Source: a virus. Taken from it: a DNA stretch of 64,000 nucleotides. The notes below the pieces were generated by a model. That model saw only the letters and a program-made list of their open reading frames with translations, ran no database searches and was not told the origin of the DNA. This document shows positions 59,203-64,000 of the stretch, in pieces. The position numbers and the translations under genes are program-made. The DNA lies in IMG/VR virus record IMGVR_UViG_3300020430_000008, positions 32,001 through 96,000 of that record; one strand, written 5' to 3'. The stretch's first letter is position 1; the number at the start of each line of letters is the position of its first letter.

Positions 59203-59457
59203 TTACCTCTGTGGTAGGACAAATAGGTCAGGGTTGTAGCTTTCGGGTGGCAAACACTCGCAACTTGTAGCGGTGACCTCTTTAATACCCCGTGACGAAC
59301 ATGCAGCTTCGCATTCTTGAATAGTTTTTGCGTCGATGGTACAAGTAGAGAATAACATACCTGCAGCAATTGTTAAACAAATAAATGCTATTGACTTGCC
59401 AATAGCGTTAGCGACAGTCTGAATGAGCATTTTATCTTCGGGATGAGGCTCACTCAT
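59203..59457 (-). CDS. Small Cys-rich membrane protein / possible lipoprotein
   Basis: Hydrophobic segment ending LFSTC, then CEAAC and CEC. Confidence 0.6.
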   Translation of the reverse strand: MSEPHPEDKMLIQTVANAIGKSIAFICLTIAAGMLFSTCTIDAKTIQECEAACSSRGIKEVTATSCECLPPESYNPDLFVLPQR

Positions 59458-60191
59458 TGAGTCAAGCCCCCGTGCAGACGGCGCACAAGTTGAAAATCTT
59501 CAATCTCCCAAAAATGAAACTTAAATTGGTCAAGCATGTTTTCCTTCTCGATGTGATATGGAATGACATCATGATTTGACATGCGACAGTTACCAACATA
59601 AATATATTCAGGCACTTTGCGAACAATCTCTCTTGTGCGATCCATAACTTCCGAGCCACCGAAGAGCCAGTATTCCAATACGCCCTCGACAGGCATGCCC
59701 TTATCGTTAAAAGTGTCAAAGATGGTGCCTTTCTCATGACGACCGCACCAAATAGAATCGCGATCAAACTGGCTAAAGTCCAATGGTCGTAACCATGCAA
59801 CGTCAAACCTGCTAGTCATGACGTAATCGTACTTGAAGCCGTGCTCCTTCTCGTAGTCACTCTTGAGGCGCAACACTTTATCATTAGAATACCATCGACT
59901 CATAATAGAATGAAAGTGACGCGGAACATCAGAATGCACCTTCTTATTGAATTTATTCGCCAAAGAATCAAAGTCAATCTGTTTCTGCACCATGTACTTC
60001 TTGGGATCATAAAATTCTACCAGTTCTTCCTCAGCCTCAGTGCTCCATGTGTGAAAAAACACATCGACGTTTTGACTAGGAAGGTTAATAATATTCTCCT
60101 TGAAGTGCGGCACAGCCAATTGCCAATCGACGGGAAAGCCCTTATCGTTCTTCCCACCAGCTAGTCCGTTGAAACACAATGCTATTCTCAT
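59454..60191 (-). CDS. Putative glycosyltransferase-like protein
   Basis: RIALCFNG...DVFFHTW...YDYVMTSRFD pattern seen in polysaccharide-cluster proteins; glycan-cluster context. Confidence 0.6.
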   Translation of the reverse strand: MRIALCFNGLAGGKNDKGFPVDWQLAVPHFKENIINLPSQNVDVFFHTWSTEAEEELVEFYDPKKYMVQKQIDFDSLANKFNKKVHSDVPRHFHSIMSRWYSNDKVLRLKSDYEKEHGFKYDYVMTSRFDVAWLRPLDFSQFDRDSIWCGRHEKGTIFDTFNDKGMPVEGVLEYWLFGGSEVMDRTREIVRKVPEYIYVGNCRMSNHDVIPYHIEKENMLDQFKFHFWEIEDFQLVRRLHGGLTQ

Positions 60192-60820
60192 CCTGCCCTC
60201 CTAATCAAGTCTGCAACCAAACCATAGTTTACGTCTTGCCATCTCTTCACCTCATGCACAGAAGCGCCAGTTGCACGCGCTGCTTCCAAGCCGACCGCTG
60301 AGTCTTCAAAAATAATACACTCTTCTAAATCACAACCAATGCGCGCCAACTGCATCAAAGCGCGGATATACGGCTCGGGGTGTGGCTTGGGGTTGACAAC
60401 ATCGCTATTGGTCACAAGCACGTCAAGATACTTCATGAAGTCCAGATGATCCAACAACATCCTTGTAGACTCGCCGTTTGCATTTGTGACGATGGCAATT
60501 TTCTTGCCGGCAGAAACAAGAGAGTCAAACATTTGTCGCTTGTCAAAATAGTGTTGCGGATTCATTTGCAACATCAGTTCGTTGGCAACGCGCTTTTTCT
60601 CTTCGTAAATGCTCTCGACCTGATCCATCGAGATGTGACCCTTATCGCAAAACTTGATAAGCTTAGCCTTGGTAGTGATAGTAGAATGCACAATGTCCAA
60701 GTCGCTAGGATGCCTAACGTCGAAACCAAAGCGCCCAAGCGCACGTACAACAGAACGCACTTGGATGTCTGTGGTGTCTACAAGAACGCCGTCAAAGTCG
60801 AAGATGAAAGCCTTGTACAT
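60188..60820 (-). CDS. HAD-family phosphatase
   Basis: Start MYKAFIFDFDGVLVD at 60820 (AAGGAG SD). KPHPEPY, FEDS...G. Confidence 0.9.
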   Translation of the reverse strand: MYKAFIFDFDGVLVDTTDIQVRSVVRALGRFGFDVRHPSDLDIVHSTITTKAKLIKFCDKGHISMDQVESIYEEKKRVANELMLQMNPQHYFDKRQMFDSLVSAGKKIAIVTNANGESTRMLLDHLDFMKYLDVLVTNSDVVNPKPHPEPYIRALMQLARIGCDLEECIIFEDSAVGLEAARATGASVHEVKRWQDVNYGLVADLIRRAG

Positions 60821-60821
60821 G

Positions 60822-62210
60822 CTACTCCTTTGGATGATGAGCCAAGTAGTGATTAAGATCCTCGGGCGTCCCAAGACCCCACATTCTGTCAATGTGGAAT
60901 ACCTTAATCTTTTGGTTGTCCTCACAAGCCTGATTATAAACAGGGCAAACGTAAAACTCGTTATTGGTGCGAATGTCGCGCTCGATCATTTCCTCAGCGT
61001 ACTTGACATAATCAGAACCCTTACGGAAGTAGTAAACTCCAGCAGTAGCAATGTTGCTGATTGGGTTTTTCTCTGCAACCTCTGTGACAAACCCATCCTC
61101 GCCCAGCTTCGCAAAGCTCCACTTAGGGTGAGTTGCCTCGAAAGTGAGAATACCGCCATCGACCTCATCAGCCACCATAGAGTACATAAACTCGTTGCTA
61201 TCCCACTCAAAAACCTGATCGGAGTTTGAGATAACCAAAGGCTCATCGTTATTGATAAACTCCTTTGCCAACAACGTAGTACATGCTGCACCCTCAGTGA
61301 TGCCGTCTACTTGTACGATAACACACTCTGGTGAGATGAGGTTTAATAACTGTTGTAGGTTATACTTCTCGTAGTGTGATTTCTGTACGATGTAAATGTG
61401 ACGAGCCTCGATGTTTAGGTTCTCCGTCACCAGTTGAATCATTGGTTTGCCGTTAACATCGATAAGCGGCTTGGGGAAAGTATACCCCGCCTTCTCAAAT
61501 CGACTTCCAGCACCAGCCATTGGAATTAATACATTCATTTTGCCTCCTTGCCATGGTGTAATAATTTTTTGAGATTTAAAGTTATGCTCAATAGCACCCT
61601 TGACCTTTTCGTATGTCACATCGTCTGGGTTTCTCACAGCACACAAAGAAGCGCCTGAGCTTAGCGCAGCCTTGCGACCAATATGTGAGTCCTCAACGAT
61701 GAGGGTGTACTTGGGACCAATGCCAGCCTTAATCATGCACTTCAAGTACATCTCTGGGCTTGGCTTGGGATGCTTCACATCCTGATTGGAATAAATAAAC
61801 TCAATGTATTCCAGCAGACCCTTTTTAAGAAGCATCATCTTTACTGATTCTCTGATAGAGTTAGATGCACAGCAAATCCTGTGTCCGTCCTCTCTCAGCC
61901 TGCGCAGCACACTTCGCATACGCTCGTCATATTCCATTTCTTCTGAAATGATCTTGTACGTCATTTCTTGCTTACGCTTCCACACAGTGTTGTGCAGTTC
62001 CTTGGGCAAGCCCTTATTCTTTGTAAGCATGTTCAGCTTCTTTGACGTTGGCAATCCATCGTACGTTGACAGATGCTCTTGACGCTGCACGATGTACTTC
62101 TCATCGACTGTCGCAAGGGCACGGTTAAGCGCCTCATAGTGTAGCTCGCGAGCGTCAACAAGAACGCCGTCCAAATCAAAGATAACTAAGATTTCACTGT
62201 TATCTACCAT
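60822..62210 (-). CDS. HAD phosphatase - nucleotidyltransferase fusion
   Basis: FDLDGVLVD, KPSPEMY and VEDS, then LIPMAGAGSRF...PKPLI...EKNPIS...GLGTPEDL. Confidence 0.92.
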   Translation of the reverse strand: MVDNSEILVIFDLDGVLVDARELHYEALNRALATVDEKYIVQRQEHLSTYDGLPTSKKLNMLTKNKGLPKELHNTVWKRKQEMTYKIISEEMEYDERMRSVLRRLREDGHRICCASNSIRESVKMMLLKKGLLEYIEFIYSNQDVKHPKPSPEMYLKCMIKAGIGPKYTLIVEDSHIGRKAALSSGASLCAVRNPDDVTYEKVKGAIEHNFKSQKIITPWQGGKMNVLIPMAGAGSRFEKAGYTFPKPLIDVNGKPMIQLVTENLNIEARHIYIVQKSHYEKYNLQQLLNLISPECVIVQVDGITEGAACTTLLAKEFINNDEPLVISNSDQVFEWDSNEFMYSMVADEVDGGILTFEATHPKWSFAKLGEDGFVTEVAEKNPISNIATAGVYYFRKGSDYVKYAEEMIERDIRTNNEFYVCPVYNQACEDNQKIKVFHIDRMWGLGTPEDLNHYLAHHPKE

Positions 62211-62923
62211 TATTGTCTTCCTAAAAATATTTTTTCAAGCCTGTGATTCTCTCGGTAACCCGGATCATAACAGTACCCTTGTAGGGAAAGCTTCGACAAG
62301 TCGTAGCCCTCCAAGTTTAAAACCATTCCCCAAACGCGCTCCATGGCTTCTGACTGCCTCTTGGTCGTCGGGCGCACCTTGTCGAAGCCTGCCGCCTTAA
62401 GCTTGTCCAGAACGCTTCTCTTGCACATAATCATGGGACCAAACAGTGCAGCGAAACGCATACCCATTTCTGGTCTGTATGTAGTCTTGGACAGCAACTG
62501 ACTATTAGCCCAGTTGAGAGTTTCTGAAAATACGAAGCCATTGTCGCCGCTTGGGTGCTCTTGCGGTGTCCAGCCAAGACCATTCCACGAACGGAAGTAG
62601 CGAAGCGCAGTCACATCTGTCTCCATAAGATCAAGGATTCCGTCTTTAATCAGCATAGAATCATGAAGAAAATAATAAAAATCGTAATCAGGATACTTTT
62701 CGTAGGTATGCCAAATATTTCCAGTTGTGAGGCTTTGATTGCCGATGTCCTCAACTTTTGCGCCAAACTTTTCGACTTGCTCATAATATGATTTATCCTC
62801 CGATGCACTGTCAACAACATGAATAGGAGATTCAGGATGGTGCGCACGAATACTTTGCACGCACGGAATCACTACCGGGTTTGCCGGGTCGAATCTGCAA
62901 GTTATTGAAAAGAGATGCTTCAT
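62210..62923 (-). CDS. Putative GT-A fold glycosyltransferase
   Basis: CVQSIR...IHVVDSAS, FLHDS, AMERVWG. Confidence 0.65.
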   Translation of the reverse strand: MKHLFSITCRFDPANPVVIPCVQSIRAHHPESPIHVVDSASEDKSYYEQVEKFGAKVEDIGNQSLTTGNIWHTYEKYPDYDFYYFLHDSMLIKDGILDLMETDVTALRYFRSWNGLGWTPQEHPSGDNGFVFSETLNWANSQLLSKTTYRPEMGMRFAALFGPMIMCKRSVLDKLKAAGFDKVRPTTKRQSEAMERVWGMVLNLEGYDLSKLSLQGYCYDPGYRENHRLEKIFLGRQ

Positions 62924-63831
62924 TTGTATTCGGGTGGTGCCGTGACTTCGATCAATTTGTTATAAAGTGCAGTTGCCTTGTCAGGACCAACGTTCATGAT
63001 CTTAGTCAACATTGGGCGGTAGCGAGAACCATAAAATCCGTCGTTGCGCCATACACGCATAAGAATGCTGCCATCACGATCACGATAGATGCGCATCTGG
63101 TCTGGCATTCCGATACCCCAGCCGCGATTAGCACGACCAAGATCGTTGTCGTTATCCCACACATCGTTGACCTGTAGCTCATAACCGGCTCTGTTCGCCG
63201 TCAGACCCCACAGAGACTGCTCGTTCAAGCCCTGTTCCATCATTGGGTTCTGGATAGTCTCAGCGTCTTGTGACACCTCGTAGATGTCCTCAATAACCTG
63301 CTGGTATGGACCGCCGGCTTGCCAACCAAGGATAGCAGCAAACACTTGAAACTTACCTCGCTCTTCCTCGGTCATGTTGATGCCCTTCCAGTAGTTCTCG
63401 CTGGTACGCCAATCATTTCGCCAGCGCTGATCAGAAGAGAAGAAAAGACCGTCGCGCTTGATGACCTCAAAAACCTTGCCAACGTTAGTAAACGGTGCAA
63501 TCCCAGAATCAATCCACAGAATGTTCTTGCCGTAGTCTTGAGCGTGCCTCACAGCGCCACACTTCCACACATGATTGCGGCTTTGGCTTGTTTGCTCATC
63601 AGTCATGCAGTCGGTATAACCCTCGTACGGAACTTCGGGAAACTCAACCACCTGTGTCTTGGGGTAATCATTGATGATAGACTTTTCTTCATCAGTGAGC
63701 CCAAGATTGAAAACAATAATCTGATCCACAACGTCATCTGAGAACGTCAGGATGTGTTCAATCATCGTGCGACCGGAAATAAAATATTCGCCCGAATTGT
63801 TGAATGCTGTTGCAATAATATTTTCGTGCAT
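62920..63831 (-). CDS. Putative glycosyltransferase (DUF1647-like)
   Basis: Start MHENIIATA at 63831. IIVFNLGL, WKCGAV, ILWIDSG, EQSL. Confidence 0.6.
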   Translation of the reverse strand: MHENIIATAFNNSGEYFISGRTMIEHILTFSDDVVDQIIVFNLGLTDEEKSIINDYPKTQVVEFPEVPYEGYTDCMTDEQTSQSRNHVWKCGAVRHAQDYGKNILWIDSGIAPFTNVGKVFEVIKRDGLFFSSDQRWRNDWRTSENYWKGINMTEEERGKFQVFAAILGWQAGGPYQQVIEDIYEVSQDAETIQNPMMEQGLNEQSLWGLTANRAGYELQVNDVWDNDNDLGRANRGWGIGMPDQMRIYRDRDGSILMRVWRNDGFYGSRYRPMLTKIMNVGPDKATALYNKLIEVTAPPEYK

Positions 63832-63832
63832 G

Positions 63833-64000
63833 TTACCCCTTGTATGCGCGGATAGAACTGATAAGTCCTTCCGAGTTAAATTCAATAATGTCAACAACCA
63901 GCAGCGGGTCTGACTCGGGAATCATAATCTCGATTTCTGCTGCAATCGTACGTGCATCTTCGTCGCAATGGAGCGCAATGATGCGTACAGCCAGAGCATC
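63833..64000 (-). CDS. NTF2/SnoaL-like protein (partial, C-terminal 55 aa)
   Basis: Hand translation ends AAEIEI...LLVVDIIEFNSEGLISSIRAYKG*, a typical SnoaL-like C-terminus. Confidence 0.75.
   Translation of the reverse strand, partial: DALAVRIIALHCDEDARTIAAEIEIMIPESDPLLVVDIIEFNSEGLISSIRAYKG

Noticed and set aside
2542-63897. Longer starts in the ORF track (3195, 3532, 4034, 7954, 59369, 60925, 63897)
   Set aside because: They overlap upstream genes. Downstream ATGs with SD sites or family-typical N-termini were preferred.
1-64000. CRISPR array, tRNA, rRNA, DGR repeats, terminators
   Set aside because: Intergenic gaps are all under about 80 nt. No direct-repeat arrays, cloverleafs, reverse transcriptase or convincing hairpin-polyT seen.
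1-64000. Stop-codon reassignment
   Set aside because: Genes up to 14.6 kb are open in the standard code, and TAA, TAG and TGA all end genes at sensible boundaries.
55588-64000. Sugar cluster as a DNA hypermodification pathway, or as flanking host chromosome
   Set aside because: No base-modifying hydroxymethylase or kinase in view, and restriction sites are avoided as in unprotected DNA. The cluster shares strand, packing and site avoidance with the phage genes. Not fully excluded because the 2OG oxygenase substrate is unknown.

Overview
This is a 64 kb fragment of a large tailed dsDNA bacteriophage (myovirus, probably jumbo-sized, distantly T4-like) using the standard genetic code. All credible genes are on the minus strand, tightly packed and often translationally coupled. 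In transcription order (right to left): (1) a nucleotide-sugar/glycan cluster (NTF2-like protein, putative glycosyltransferases, HAD-nucleotidyltransferase fusion, HAD, GDPD-like protein, DegT aminotransferase, cupin, 2OG-Fe(II) oxygenase, gmd); (2) a phage sigma factor; (3) a ~44 kb baseplate/tail module with a multi-enzyme gp5-like protein, a spike, a 2861 aa acidic protein, gp25, gp6, a 4861 aa gp7-like giant, accessory proteins and a J-domain co-chaperone; (4) RuvC, primase and a single-chain Mre11-Rad50, the last two behind a near-consensus sigma70 promoter; (5) four small membrane proteins resembling a lysis cassette; (6) terminase large subunit and portal. The best candidate for an undescribed system is phage-encoded virion glycosylation. 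A subset of baseplate proteins is strongly enriched in an [S/T]-[G/A/S]-S tripeptide (mainly SGS/TGS), a glycan cluster lies nearby, and the DNA strictly avoids many restriction palindromes, which argues that DNA is not the glycan target. All calls come from by-eye motif recognition and hand counts; no searches were run.
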